A DNA stretch of 64,000 bases from Acidimicrobiia bacterium (GCA_965215185.1 OZ244034.1:1874244-1938243), one strand, 5' to 3'. Positions 46,229 through 56,819 are shown, numbered from the stretch's first letter. Made by a program: numbers and translations. Notes: generated by a model from the sequence alone, not told the origin.

Positions 46229-46960
46229 ATGCATCTTCCTGTTTTGAACGTTGCAGCCGCGGACATCCCCGAACGGATGCTGGTGGTGGGCGATCCCGAC
46301 CGCGCTGTGCGGGTGGCCGCCCGATTCGACGACGGGGTCGAGATCGGCCGTTTTCGGGAGTACGTCACCTTGGTAGGCCGGCATCGGGGAGTCAAGGTGG
46401 GAGTGGTCTCCCATGGGGTCGGCTCGTCGGGTGCGGCGGTGGCTTTTGATGAACTGTTCCGAGCCGGAGTCAAGCGTGTGATACGGGCGGGTACCTGTGG
46501 CGGAATGCAGAAACATGTCCTTGACGGCCACCTGGTGATAGTGACCGGAGCGGTCCGCTGTGACGGTCTCACCCCCCAGTTGGTGCCCGATGGTTACCCC
46601 GCCTTGGCCTCACCCGACGTGGTCTTCGCTCTCCGTCGGGCGGCGCAGGGCGGCGAGAACATCCATGAGGGCATCACCCTCACCAACGCCATTTTCTACG
46701 CCCAGGAGATCCTCGGCTCCAATCTGTCCCTCTGGCATGAAGCGGGTGTGAAAGCGATCGAGATGGAATGCGCGGCGCTGTTCGTGATGGCCGGCCTGGC
46801 GGGGAGGGAAGCCGGCGCCATTATCACCGTAGACGGCAACGCTTTTGTGGATGGGGACTTTGCAATGACCGAGTACAACCCCCATCGAGACCTCGTGGAC
46901 CAAGCGGTGGGCCGGATGATCGGAATCGCTCTCGACGCCCTGGTCGACGATCACTCTTAA
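46229..46960 (+). CDS. nucleoside phosphorylase family protein, tandem paralogue (about 70% aa identity to 45381-46112)
   Basis: 243 aa. Collinear with the upstream paralogue. Confidence 0.7.
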   Translation: MHLPVLNVAAADIPERMLVVGDPDRAVRVAARFDDGVEIGRFREYVTLVGRHRGVKVGVVSHGVGSSGAAVAFDELFRAGVKRVIRAGTCGGMQKHVLDGHLVIVTGAVRCDGLTPQLVPDGYPALASPDVVFALRRAAQGGENIHEGITLTNAIFYAQEILGSNLSLWHEAGVKAIEMECAALFVMAGLAGREAGAIITVDGNAFVDGDFAMTEYNPHRDLVDQAVGRMIGIALDALVDDHS

Positions 46961-47480
46961 GCCGCGAGGCGCCCTTGGCCGAAGCCAGCCCAACAATCCT
47001 GACCGGACGGGGCGCAGGGGAACCGGTTTGTGTTCAAACGTGGCGTCTTCGAATCAAGAAGTCTGCAAAACCGACCTCACTGTTTCACCAAAAAGTCGCG
47101 ATTTCTCTAGCTAACCTGTGACAATCACGGTAGCCCTTGGGGCCCCTCCCCCGCCGCCACCATGCCATGAGTTGCAGAAGCCCCGGCCAGGCTTGAAAGG
47201 GTTGTTGGCAGAACCAGAGCCAAGGCGCGCCTTGTGGGACGATTTGATCCCCCGACGAGGTTCGAACGACGCCGGAACGAACCGTCTTGGTGTTTGGCTT
47301 ATGTCAATATGAATACTTCCTGGGACCAAGTCAACCGCTGAACCGCGCTTTTTCTTGACAGCCTCGTGACGCGACGCAAAAGGCGGCGTCGGCGCAACAC
47401 CGCCTCTGAACAGTTTTGGGGATAAGCACACCGCCTCAAGTCGCTTTGAACCAACCTTGGCAACGGCGCCCGCCGACCTC

Positions 47481-48587
47481 TCAGCCGGAGATTTCCAACA
47501 CCGGGTCGCCTAGCACTTCGAAGCGCGGGGCGATCCCGAGTCCCGGTCGGCTGGGGGCGCTCATCCTGCCTGACGCCCGTTGGGGAGCCCCGCTGGCGGT
47601 CGAGACCGTCACATAGGAATTGAAGTCGGTGGCGGCGAAGGTGAATTCCTCGGGTGTCGATTGCGCCAGGTGAGCCACCGCCGCGGTGGTGATATCGGAT
47701 CCCCACGGGTCCTCGATGATCATCGGTATTCCCGATTCGACACAGATGTCACGCATGATCCGCGCTTTGGTCAACCCGCCCACCTTGGAGATCTTGAGAT
47801 TGATGACATCCATCGCATCCTCCGCCAACCCTCGGAGCAGAGTTTCCATGCTATCGATAGTCTCATCTAGCACAAAGGGTCGGGCAGTGCGCCTTCGAAT
47901 CGAGAGGCACTCTGCAAAGGTCCGGCAGGGCTGTTCGATGTACACGTCCAGATCCGCCACCGCATTGACAACCCGGGCGGCTTCATGCCGAGCCCAGCCG
48001 GTATTGGCATCGGCGACCAGTACGTCACTGTCAGGAAGAACCTCCCGGGCCGCGCGAATGCGGGCAATGTCATGGTTTGCGTCCCCTCCGACCTTCAATT
48101 GGAACCTGCGGTAACCCTCCTGGCGGTATCTGGCCACATTGGCCGCCATCTGGTCCGGAGGTTGCTGGGAAATCGCACGATAGAGCACGACGTCCTCCTG
48201 TGCCCGGCCTCCCAGAAGGGTGAACACCGGAAGGCCGGTTGCCTTGCCGACAATGTCCCAGCAGGCGATGTCCAGAGGCGCTTTGGCATGTGGGTGGCCG
48301 AGCAAGGAGCTGTCCATGATCCTGTTGATCTCGTTGAGCCTTCGAGGGTCCTTGCCTATGAGATGAGGGGCAAGTTCCGCAATGCCCGACCGCACGCCCT
48401 TGGCGTGGGCCGGCAAATAGGCGGGACCCAGGGGGCAGCTTTCGGCATATCCCCGAATCCCGGCATTGGTTTCGATTTCCACCACCGTATTGTCGAAAAC
48501 CTCAACGAACCGACCGTCGGACCAGGTATACCGTCCCTCGACCAGAGGAAGGTCGACACGCCAGGCGCGAATGGCCGTAATCTTCAT
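47481..48587 (-). CDS. enolase-superfamily enzyme, mandelate racemase/muconate lactonizing enzyme family
   Basis: 368 aa. KxK, and D/E/D metal-ligand pattern (DANTGW, EQP, DETI). Confidence 0.75.
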   Translation of the reverse strand: MKITAIRAWRVDLPLVEGRYTWSDGRFVEVFDNTVVEIETNAGIRGYAESCPLGPAYLPAHAKGVRSGIAELAPHLIGKDPRRLNEINRIMDSSLLGHPHAKAPLDIACWDIVGKATGLPVFTLLGGRAQEDVVLYRAISQQPPDQMAANVARYRQEGYRRFQLKVGGDANHDIARIRAAREVLPDSDVLVADANTGWARHEAARVVNAVADLDVYIEQPCRTFAECLSIRRRTARPFVLDETIDSMETLLRGLAEDAMDVINLKISKVGGLTKARIMRDICVESGIPMIIEDPWGSDITTAAVAHLAQSTPEEFTFAATDFNSYVTVSTASGAPQRASGRMSAPSRPGLGIAPRFEVLGDPVLEISG

Positions 48588-48601
48588 GGGCCTCGCCTAC
48601 C

Positions 48602-49237
48602 TCATGCCGTTTGGCTCAAATTGGACTGGTGAAAGCCAAGGATCAAAAGCTCGGTGGCGACATCCACCCTACGGAGGGTGACGCCCTCGGGAACTCGCAA
48701 GACCACCGGGGCAAAGTTGAGAATGGAGGTGACCCCCACTCTTACCAGAAGGTCGGCCACTCTCTGCGCGGCCACCGCGGGAGTGGCGATGATGCTGATC
48801 GAAACCTTCTTCTCGGCCCGATCTTCGACCAGTTGATCGGGGTGGCGAATAGCAATCTCCCCCACCTGTTCTCCGATCTTGCCGGGATCGGTGTCATACA
48901 AACCAACCAAAGCCAGCCCGCGATCTGCGAATCCCTGGTAGTGGGCAAGGGCCATACCGAGGTTTCCCATTCCCACGATGACGATGTTGAGCGGGACATT
49001 GATTCCCAGCGCCACCCCGATCTGGGATATCAGAGCCTGAACATCATATCCCACGCCCCGGCGGCCCTCGCATTCCAGATACCACAGGTCCTTTCGAACC
49101 TGGGCGGCCTTGATGTTAAGGTGCTCGGCGATCTCATCAGAGGAAATCGTCTCCCGCCGGGCTGGGAGCTGGTCCAGGCACCGCAAATACAGAGGCAATC
49201 GCGAAACGGTGGTATGAGGTATATCCCCCCTGGCCAT
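48602..49237 (-). CDS. rex: redox-sensing transcriptional repressor Rex
   Basis: N-terminal winged helix (RLPLYLRCL). C-terminal Rossmann (IVGMGNLGMA). Confidence 0.8.
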   Translation of the reverse strand: MARGDIPHTTVSRLPLYLRCLDQLPARRETISSDEIAEHLNIKAAQVRKDLWYLECEGRRGVGYDVQALISQIGVALGINVPLNIVIVGMGNLGMALAHYQGFADRGLALVGLYDTDPGKIGEQVGEIAIRHPDQLVEDRAEKKVSISIIATPAVAAQRVADLLVRVGVTSILNFAPVVLRVPEGVTLRRVDVATELLILGFHQSNLSQTA

Positions 49238-49341
49238 ATAGAAAATCCTACACCCCGAGATCCGGCCCGAATCCGCCAGGCGCGGCGTGACCCAGGAGCG
49301 GTCCAGGCGGCGGGCGGGAAGCCTTCGGGGGGTGGCTATCT

Positions 49342-50589
49342 TTGGAGATGATGAGCGGCGCTGACGTGTTGGTGGTGGGAGGAGGCCCCGCCGGAGCGGC
49401 CGCCGCCTACTGGCTGGGCAGGGACGGCCATGCCGTGACCCTGGTGGAGCGCAAATCCTTTCCCCGCGACAAGACCTGCGGAGATGGTCTGACCCCCCGC
49501 GCCATCTATCAACTCGCCGAGATGGGTTTCGACTTCTCGGTGCCCGGATTCCATCGCATAACCGGACTGCGCTCCTACGCCGGGGACAAGGTGATGTTGG
49601 AGATGCCCTGGCCCGACCATTCCCGCTTTCCCGACTGGGGGGGAGTGATCCGCCGCCGAGACCTTGACCAGCAGGTGGCGGATCTGGCCCGAAGCCAAGG
49701 AGTGGCCGTCCGGGAGAAAACGGAAGCCCGACCCCTGGTCCAGGACGGGTCCCTGGAAGGCGTCGAATTGAGAGCCAATGGCTCGGTGGAGACGGTGCGG
49801 CCGAAGGTGGTGATCGTGGCCGACGGCGCTCTGAACCGCTTCGGGCGACATTTGGGGGTGATCCGTCGCAAGGACTACCCCTTGGGTTTGGCCGCCCGCG
49901 GCTACTACCAGAGCCCCCGGTCGACCGACTCCTTTTTGGAAAGCCAGTTGGATATCCGCGACAGTACGGGGGCCACCATGCCTGGCTATGGCTGGGTGTT
50001 CCCGCTGGGAGATGGCACAGTCAATGTGGGAGTGGGGCTGCTTTCCACCTTCAAGCGGTGGAAGCAGGCCAACACCACCAAGATGATGGCGGACTGGGCC
50101 GACGCTGCTCCCGACTACTGGGGTCTTTCCGAGGACACCCGGCTCACCGATCCGGTGGGCGGCGCCCTGCAGATGTCGTTTTCCCGCTCTCCTCTGGCAG
50201 GGCCGAACTGGCTGGTGATCGGCGATGCGGCGGCGGCGATCAACCCATGGAACGGTGAAGGCATCGCCTACGCATATGAGACGGGGCGAATCGCCGCCGG
50301 GTTGGTGGGTGAGGCAATGGCGGGTAACAAGCCCGATGTTCTGCTGCGATATCCCCAACTCCTGGACGGGGAGTACGGCCTCTATTACCGGACGGCCCGG
50401 ATCTTCGTGAAACTCATCGGCCGCCCGGCCGTGATGCGAACTCTGGCCCATACCGGCCTGCGCAACCGCCCCCTTATGGAGTGGACCCTGAAAGTGATGT
50501 CCAATCTGCTGGACGACGACGAACGCGGCATTGGCGAACAGGTCTACCGGGCACTGCAAGGACTCGCGAGAGGTATCCCCGTTGCGTAA
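49342..50589 (+). CDS. geranylgeranyl reductase-family FAD-dependent oxidoreductase
   Basis: VVGGGPAGAAAA dinucleotide motif. CGDG motif. 415 aa. Confidence 0.75.
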   Translation: MEMMSGADVLVVGGGPAGAAAAYWLGRDGHAVTLVERKSFPRDKTCGDGLTPRAIYQLAEMGFDFSVPGFHRITGLRSYAGDKVMLEMPWPDHSRFPDWGGVIRRRDLDQQVADLARSQGVAVREKTEARPLVQDGSLEGVELRANGSVETVRPKVVIVADGALNRFGRHLGVIRRKDYPLGLAARGYYQSPRSTDSFLESQLDIRDSTGATMPGYGWVFPLGDGTVNVGVGLLSTFKRWKQANTTKMMADWADAAPDYWGLSEDTRLTDPVGGALQMSFSRSPLAGPNWLVIGDAAAAINPWNGEGIAYAYETGRIAAGLVGEAMAGNKPDVLLRYPQLLDGEYGLYYRTARIFVKLIGRPAVMRTLAHTGLRNRPLMEWTLKVMSNLLDDDERGIGEQVYRALQGLARGIPVA

Positions 50590-50708
50590 GAAGAGTATTT
50601 CGCTATTGGAAACAGCGATATAGGGGTGAAGTATGCTTGTGGAGTCACGGATGACAAGAGCCACACCATCCTGGCTCCGCTTCAAAGCCAAGCCACCGGC
50701 GCGGGGGC

Positions 50709-51296
50709 GTGCAAGAGAAAAAGCGTCTTTCTACCAAGGTAAGGAAGGGAACTATTTCTAAAAAGTATCGATTGAAGCCGGAAGAAGGTGGTTTGTACCG
50801 GCTGATCGCTAATCGAGATTTCGCCACCTCCCACGTCGTCAGCGTGGTGGTCAAAAAGGGTGACCGTGGTGGGCTGGTCTCTGGGCCATACAACTTATCC
50901 CAACGGGGGCGGTGCTGGGTGGAAGAGGGTGCCAAAGTGCTCGACCAGGCCAAAGTGAGCAAGGATGGTCTGGTTATGGAAAGGGCCACCGTGAAAGACC
51001 GCGCGGTGGTCACCGACACGTCGTGGGTGGGGGGAGAAGCTCTGGTCTGCAACAATGCCCAAGTCCGGGAAGGTGGTGTGGTGCTGGACCAGGCAATAGT
51101 GCGAGATGGCGCCACCGTAAGGTCCGCCGGGGTGGTGGGCGGTCATGCCATTGTGGAACACCGCGCAGTAGTCGAGGACGGCGCCATGGTGGGAGATAAG
51201 ACAAGAGTGGCAGGAGTAGCAGTGATCCGCGGCCGCGATACGGTTATTTCAGGCGATGGCCACATCTTCAAAGGCGTCCAAGACACCTCCCAGTAA
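50709..51296 (+). CDS. beta-helix repeat protein (bactofilin/hexapeptide-like), unknown function
   Basis: Five or six tandem about 18-aa repeats (A-V-x-D-x-A-x-V pattern). AT-rich 5' end with Lys-rich N-terminus. Confidence 0.4.
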   Translation: MQEKKRLSTKVRKGTISKKYRLKPEEGGLYRLIANRDFATSHVVSVVVKKGDRGGLVSGPYNLSQRGRCWVEEGAKVLDQAKVSKDGLVMERATVKDRAVVTDTSWVGGEALVCNNAQVREGGVVLDQAIVRDGATVRSAGVVGGHAIVEHRAVVEDGAMVGDKTRVAGVAVIRGRDTVISGDGHIFKGVQDTSQ

Positions 51297-51837
51297 GGAC
51301 CAGCCCGGGTTTTGCCGTGGTAGCTTCCCGCCAGCGAATCGTAGGCGCCCTGCGGTGTGGGTATTCCAAGTCCTTCCCGAAACGGTGCCTTGCTTTTGTT
51401 GCCACTGACGGCGGTACTCGGGCCCTCTCCATGCGGTAGCCCACGCGGGGTTCGGTAATGATGTAGGTGGGGTTCTTGGCGTCGTCACCCAACTTGCGCC
51501 GCAGATTCTTCACGATGGTACGCACCATTCGCGGATCGCCCGGTTTCTTCAGCCCCCAGACCCGTTGCAGCAGGTGATCGGAACTCAGCACCCGGCCGGC
51601 ATTGATGGAAAGCTCAATGAGCAGGTGATACTCGGTAGCCGTGAGTCGGATAGAGCGATCGGCCAAGGTCACCCTGTGTTCCACAGATTCGATCAACAGA
51701 TCTCCCCGTACAAATGAACCGAGGGAAGCGGCGTCGTCGGGCGCTTTGCGTTTACGCAGGGCCACCCCGATTCTGGCCACAAGTTCGGTCGGCGAGAACG
51801 GTTTGACCACATAATCGGTTGGGACCAGTCTCTTCAA
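51268..51837 (-). pseudogene. truncated OmpR-family response regulator: winged-helix DNA-binding domain only, receiver domain missing, C-terminal read-through
   Basis: Begins inside the end of a receiver domain (DYVVKPFSPTELVARIGVALRK). Trans_reg_C domain ends at ...EPRVGYRMERA, then a about 50-aa aberrant extension. Confidence 0.5.
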
Positions 51838-51934
51838 GGACCGAGGCCAACCCCACCTCCCGATGAGCCGTTGGCGGGCAGATACAGTGACGGCTGACTT
51901 GGAGCGTCAGGTTTTGAAGAACGGGAAGAGCGCT

Positions 51935-52165
51935 TTAGGACACCAACTCCGCAAGGCGCCTTTGGACCGTGGCTTGGTCGTCGGGCTCAACCGGGTTGGG
52001 AAGCTCTTTTAGCTGCGGCACGATCAACCCACGGAGAGCCTGAGCCTCCTGGGGAGTGAGGTCTGAGCCCGCCACGACATCCTCGGTGCCCCACATGACA
52101 GCCAGACGGAATCCATAGTCGGCCACCGCCCGGTTGATGATCTCCAAAAGAGCCTGCTGGGACAT
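51935..52165 (-). CDS. small hypothetical protein (76 aa)
   Basis: Protein-like composition. Immediately downstream of the SDR gene on the same strand. Confidence 0.3.
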   Translation of the reverse strand: MSQQALLEIINRAVADYGFRLAVMWGTEDVVAGSDLTPQEAQALRGLIVPQLKELPNPVEPDDQATVQRRLAELVS

Positions 52166-52195
52166 AATTCCTTCTCCTTCTCCCTCTTCGTCGTC

Positions 52196-52945
52196 CTACA
52201 GCCGACCGCCGTCGATCTTGAAAGCAGCGCCTGTGATGTAGGAGGACTCTTCGGAGGCCAGAAACAGCATGAGGTTGGCGATGTCCTGGGGAGTCCCCAC
52301 CCGCCCCAGGGCGTTGCGTGAAGAGATCCGCTCAAACTCCTCGGAGCTGCCGGTACTGCCCCATGCCTGGGGGGTGTCGACGGACCCCGGGACGATGACG
52401 TTGCAGCGTACTCCCTGGGGAGCGTACTGGGCGCTGGTGGTCAGGGTGATCTGGATTACGCCCGCCTTACTAACGCCGTAGGGGACGGCATGGGGGGTGG
52501 GGTTCAACCCGGCGCCCGAGGAGACGTTGACTATGGCGCCCCCGCTCCCAATCATGTGAGGGATGGCATATTTGGTGCACAGAAACACCCCCCGTAGGTT
52601 GGTGTTGAGGGTCAGGTCCCAGACCAACTCCGAAACCTCTGCCAGTGGCGGCGTCCGGATGAGGACCCCGGCGTTGTTCACCAGCACATCCAGCTTCCCA
52701 AACCGCTGGACCGTCTGCTCCACCATGTTGCTCACCTGGGCTGCCTTGGAGACGTCAGTTTCGACGAAAAAGGCATCACCGCCCATCTCGTTCACCATCG
52801 CCACCGTTTTCCGGCTCTCCGGCGCGTTGCGATCAGCTACCGCCACCTGGGCGCCTTGGCGAGCAAAGAGGAGAGAGGCAGCCCGGCCTATGCCAGTGGC
52901 GCCACCGGTGATAATCGCTACTTTGTCTTGGAGACGGCCTGTCAT
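52196..52945 (-). CDS. short-chain dehydrogenase/reductase (SDR), FabG-like
   Basis: Start at MTGRLQDKVAIITGGATGIG. NNAG. YGVSK catalytic motif. Confidence 0.75.
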   Translation of the reverse strand: MTGRLQDKVAIITGGATGIGRAASLLFARQGAQVAVADRNAPESRKTVAMVNEMGGDAFFVETDVSKAAQVSNMVEQTVQRFGKLDVLVNNAGVLIRTPPLAEVSELVWDLTLNTNLRGVFLCTKYAIPHMIGSGGAIVNVSSGAGLNPTPHAVPYGVSKAGVIQITLTTSAQYAPQGVRCNVIVPGSVDTPQAWGSTGSSEEFERISSRNALGRVGTPQDIANLMLFLASEESSYITGAAFKIDGGRL

Positions 52946-53258
52946 CGCTCCTCCTTGAGGCGCTCCCAATATACCCGTTGCACCGCATTGCACCCTGCGT
53001 GCTCCCCTATTACTTCCCAAACTGTCCTACCGAGAATCGGAGGATCAGACCAGGACCAAGAAATCTGGATTTGGATCTGTTTTTTCGCAGTGACATTTGC
53101 GGGCATTCACAAACCGGGGATTATGGCCTTTTCTGCCCTGTCGTCGGCGGGAGAGATCATGCGCTTTGTGACCGGGAGCACCATCAAGGGAAATCGGGAC
53201 ACGATAGGCATCCTTCCCATTAACCTGGATAATCCTTGAGGCAGGCTCGACGCATGAG

Positions 53259-54059
53259 TTGAGGCGGCGCCAACCACTCACTATGCTCAAAAAACAAGTA
53301 TGGCCAGCTTATGAGGGAAGGCAGATGATTTCAACGGCCCAGAACAGGATAGGGGGACTGCTGCTGATCATCGGCGCAATTCTGGTGGTTGGAACATCAC
53401 TTCTAACACCCGGATTGGCGTTGATCGACTTTGTGGACGCGGAGGACTACATCGGTCTGGCCCAGGTTGTACGGGAAAACATCGCGCTTAGTTTCCTCAC
53501 CTCGATGCTGGGAGTACTCGGTTTAGTGTTACAACTTTGCGGCCTGTCGGCTCTGCGCCGAGTGGTAATGGGAGAAGACGCCACCGATACCATCACCAGA
53601 TTCGGGTCCTTAGCCCTCGGCGTGGGAATTGTTGTCTCCCTCGTCGACAGGGCAGCGGTGTACACGGCTGCCCACACTTTGAATTACGGTATCGGCGCCG
53701 GCACCGGACCCGATCAGACGCAACTGTTGGACTTTGTTGCCGTGATTCTCCTGAAAATGCAGGGGGGACTGAGCCTGGTGGGGTTTTATGCCTTCCTATT
53801 GGGGTCCATAGGTTTGGGTATGGGTCTTATGTCGAGAATGCGCGCCACCTCTTATAGAGTTGTCGCGGTCCTCATGATGATTTCCTGTTTGGTGTCACTG
53901 GTGTTCCTGTCCGTAATCAGCCCCGTCTACGGCTTGGCCGGTTCTCTCTTCGCGGTTTTCGCCCTAGCCGTCATGCTGGGAAACGCCTGGCTCGTCATGC
54001 TAGGGATGGGTCTCTACAAGGGAATGCCGGAACTTACAAAGACTGCTGGATCGGTTTAG
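53259..54059 (+). CDS. hypothetical polytopic membrane protein, lower GC
   Basis: About 6 TM helices. About 50-55% GC. True start may be the internal Met at about 53283 or 53322. Confidence 0.45.
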   Translation: MRRRQPLTMLKKQVWPAYEGRQMISTAQNRIGGLLLIIGAILVVGTSLLTPGLALIDFVDAEDYIGLAQVVRENIALSFLTSMLGVLGLVLQLCGLSALRRVVMGEDATDTITRFGSLALGVGIVVSLVDRAAVYTAAHTLNYGIGAGTGPDQTQLLDFVAVILLKMQGGLSLVGFYAFLLGSIGLGMGLMSRMRATSYRVVAVLMMISCLVSLVFLSVISPVYGLAGSLFAVFALAVMLGNAWLVMLGMGLYKGMPELTKTAGSV

Positions 54060-54177
54060 AGAGCAAAGCCGCAGACCAGGGTTGTATCTTGGCTTCCATG
54101 GAGATTCCCGCGGACATCACCCCGCCTGTTTGGCGTCTTCCCCCATGTTGTGGGACTTGCCGTGAGGGCAACCGCCG

Positions 54178-54702
54178 ATGAGGACGCCATCGGCATACCC
54201 TGTTGCTCCCGAGTTAGCCATTTCCCGCTGGTTCAATACTGCCGACAATCCGACTCTGGCCGATCTCAGGGGCGAGGTTGTGGTGATGGAGGCGTTCCAG
54301 ATGCTCTGTCCAGGTTGCGTCTCCCACGGATTACCTCAGGCAACGCGTATCCAACACACCTTCGGCGACGCCGTCACCATGCTTGGGCTCCACTGCGTGT
54401 TTGAACACCACGCCGCTATGACCCCAGTCTCACTCGAAGCATTCCTTTACGAGTACCGCATCACCTTCCCGGTCGGCGTCGACGCCCACGACGACCGGGC
54501 CGCCCTTCCCATCACGATGGGCCGATACCAACTGCGGGGTACCCCGAGCCTCGTGGTCATCGACCGGGCCGGACACATCCGCCTCAACGCGTTCGGCCAG
54601 ATCGACGACCTTATCGTCGGTGCTACTCTCGCCCGCCTCATCGACGAACCGCAGCCAGCGGCCGACTGCGACCCCGACATGGGATGTCCCGCCCCCCTTT
54701 AG
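54178..54702 (+). CDS. thioredoxin-fold redoxin (AhpC/TSA/TlpA-like) with CPGC motif
   Basis: EAFQMLCPGCVSHGLP. 174 aa. Confidence 0.55.
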   Translation: MRTPSAYPVAPELAISRWFNTADNPTLADLRGEVVVMEAFQMLCPGCVSHGLPQATRIQHTFGDAVTMLGLHCVFEHHAAMTPVSLEAFLYEYRITFPVGVDAHDDRAALPITMGRYQLRGTPSLVVIDRAGHIRLNAFGQIDDLIVGATLARLIDEPQPAADCDPDMGCPAPL

Positions 54703-55208
54703 GAATGGGACCGCGCCCCGGGTGCGGCCTGTGCCTCCCTTCGGCTGGGAGGGGACAGGCATCTTTTGGCTTTGTGGATGGCGGTAGGCTCGGGACCAAT
54801 TCAAAGACATGACGATATCATTTGGTCGTGGTCAAACAAACAACCGGGAGACTCCCTGACAACTTCGCCCACGACGCCCGGGCACTGGCCCGACTTCAAG
54901 GCACAAGCGCAAACTAGTTCACTGTGCAGTCGCTAAGCGTCGAGATCGGCCCCGCCGGGACAGACCAAGAGTTCCCTTCGCAGATCCACAGGCTGCTACC
55001 GCGAGAGCGAGCATTGGAACGCTTGGCAAAGTGACCAGGTGTCTCAACCTTGCAGAGCACCTCGGGCTAGCCGACCGGGCCTCGCGACCGGGCGGAGCGG
55101 ATGGTCTTGAGGTCGGGGACGGCCTCATCTACACGCGGCCCGCCCAAGGGACGCCAACAAGACCGCTGATTTCCAAGGCTGGCGACGCCCTATGACGATG
55201 TCGACGAC

Positions 55209-56360
55209 ATGAGCATCTCGACTACTGCAGGTGGTGGCTTGGCGGGTAATCGTGTGATGCCGCCGCTGGTGAGAGCCGGGCTGGTGGTGGGTTTGATCTA
55301 TGTTTTTCTTGTCGGCGTGTCGTCACTGGAGTCCGGCATCAAACTCCTGGGGGCCGATGCCCAGGAGATACTTTTCTCCAGCGTGAAGAACCCGCTCGCT
55401 GGGCTCTTCGTAGGGCTTCTCGGAACGGTGCTGGTCCAATCGTCATCGGCCAGCACATCGGTCATAGTCGGCCTTGTGGCCTCCGGGGTGCTGGGTTTCG
55501 ACCATGCCGTGCCAATGGTTATGGGTGCCAACATCGGCACGACGGTGACCAATACGCTCGTATCGCTTGGCCATGTGAGGCGGCCTGTCGAGTTCAAGCG
55601 GGCCTTCGCCGCGGCCACGGTGCACGATTTCTTCAACGTTGCGCTCGTCGCAATCATGTTGCCGCTGGAGTTGCTCACCGGTGCCATTTCAGGCCTTGCC
55701 AAACGAATCAGCGAACCCCTGGTCGGTGCGGCCGGCACCGAGTGGAATAGTCCGATAAAGGCGTTGGTGAAAAAACCGGTCGGCTGGCTTGAGGATCTGT
55801 GGAACAGCTTCGGGGCAGACGGCACCACGCTCGGCACACTGCTCGTCGTCTGTGGGATCCTGAGCGTGTTGGTAGCGCTCGCATTCGTAACCAAGAACAT
55901 GCGCCGTCTTGTGGCCGAGCGGGTGGAGCGGTCCCTGAACATAGCTCTCGGCAGAGGCAGCGGCATGGTGGCCCTGCTGGCGGGGCTGGTGATCACCATC
56001 TCGGTGCAGTCGTCGAGCATCACCACTTCGTTGCTGATCCCGTTGTCCGCCGCTGGGGTCTTGACGCTGCGCAACGCTTACCCGGTCACCCTGGGCGCCA
56101 ATGTCGGAACCACCATCACGGCCTTGCTGGCGGCTCTGGCGACGAGTCGACCCGAAGCGCTTACCATCGCGCTGGTCCACACCCTGTTCAACATCGGCGG
56201 GATCCTGCTGCTCTACCCGATCACCGCCCTCCGGGAGATCCCCATCCGAGGGGCTGAAATCCTCGCCAAGGTGGCAGTTGAACGCCGCTCGCTAGCCGTG
56301 GCCTATGTGATGGGATTGTTCATCGTCATGCCGCTGGTTGGCGTCGTTCTGCTTCGCTGA
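55209..56360 (+). CDS. Na+/phosphate cotransporter family protein (PNaS/NptA-like)
   Basis: Duplicated QSSSASTSV and QSSSITTSL motifs of Na_Pi_cotrans repeats. 383 aa. Confidence 0.8.
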   Translation: MSISTTAGGGLAGNRVMPPLVRAGLVVGLIYVFLVGVSSLESGIKLLGADAQEILFSSVKNPLAGLFVGLLGTVLVQSSSASTSVIVGLVASGVLGFDHAVPMVMGANIGTTVTNTLVSLGHVRRPVEFKRAFAAATVHDFFNVALVAIMLPLELLTGAISGLAKRISEPLVGAAGTEWNSPIKALVKKPVGWLEDLWNSFGADGTTLGTLLVVCGILSVLVALAFVTKNMRRLVAERVERSLNIALGRGSGMVALLAGLVITISVQSSSITTSLLIPLSAAGVLTLRNAYPVTLGANVGTTITALLAALATSRPEALTIALVHTLFNIGGILLLYPITALREIPIRGAEILAKVAVERRSLAVAYVMGLFIVMPLVGVVLLR

Positions 56361-56441
56361 AGATTTGCGCCCCCGCACCAAGTTGGAGCCGGTCCGCTAA
56401 CCAGTGCACATCGGGCCCGGGAACTGCGTTATACGATGGTC

Positions 56442-56819
56442 TCATGCGGTGACATATGTGTGGGTAATGACCTCCCAGACGTGCCCGTTCTCGCATTCGA
56501 AGTAGAACCCGCGTCCCCGGTGCTTGTGGTTAATTTTGCCGTCTGTCCGAGAGTTGGGGCCGCTCCCGAAGGGGATGCCCTCGTCCTTGACACGCCGGAG
56601 CACCGCATCGAACTCTTCGTCCGAAGCCAGGAAGGCGTAGTGGTTGGATTGTGGGTCGTTTGAGTCGTCGAAGTCCAGCGTCAGGGTGTCGTTGACCTTG
56701 ACAGGGGCAAAATGCCCCCAGGTCCCTTTGTATTCCAATCCGAAGACGCGGGCGATGAACTTCGCTGACTTCACCTTGTCGTGGGCGGGTACGATTGTAT
56801 GGTCTAGCTGCAAAGCCAT
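56442..56819 (-). CDS. VOC-family protein (glyoxalase/bleomycin-resistance/dioxygenase fold)
   Basis: 125 aa. Beta-alpha-beta-beta-beta module pattern. HYAF and E metal ligands. Confidence 0.65.
   Translation of the reverse strand: MALQLDHTIVPAHDKVKSAKFIARVFGLEYKGTWGHFAPVKVNDTLTLDFDDSNDPQSNHYAFLASDEEFDAVLRRVKDEGIPFGSGPNSRTDGKINHKHRGRGFYFECENGHVWEVITHTYVTA

Noticed and set aside
47240-47270. tRNA-like GGTTCGAAC T-loop motif in the 520-bp intergenic region 46961-47480
   Set aside because: Flanking bases do not form a T-stem (cgacg…cgacg is direct, not inverted). No acceptor or anticodon arms could be built.
51935-52165. NHLP/Nif11-type RiPP leader peptide for the 76-aa ORF
   Set aside because: Weak resemblance to NHLP leaders in the first about 40 residues. 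No Gly-Gly cleavage site, no Cys/Ser/Thr-rich core, and no modification enzymes nearby.
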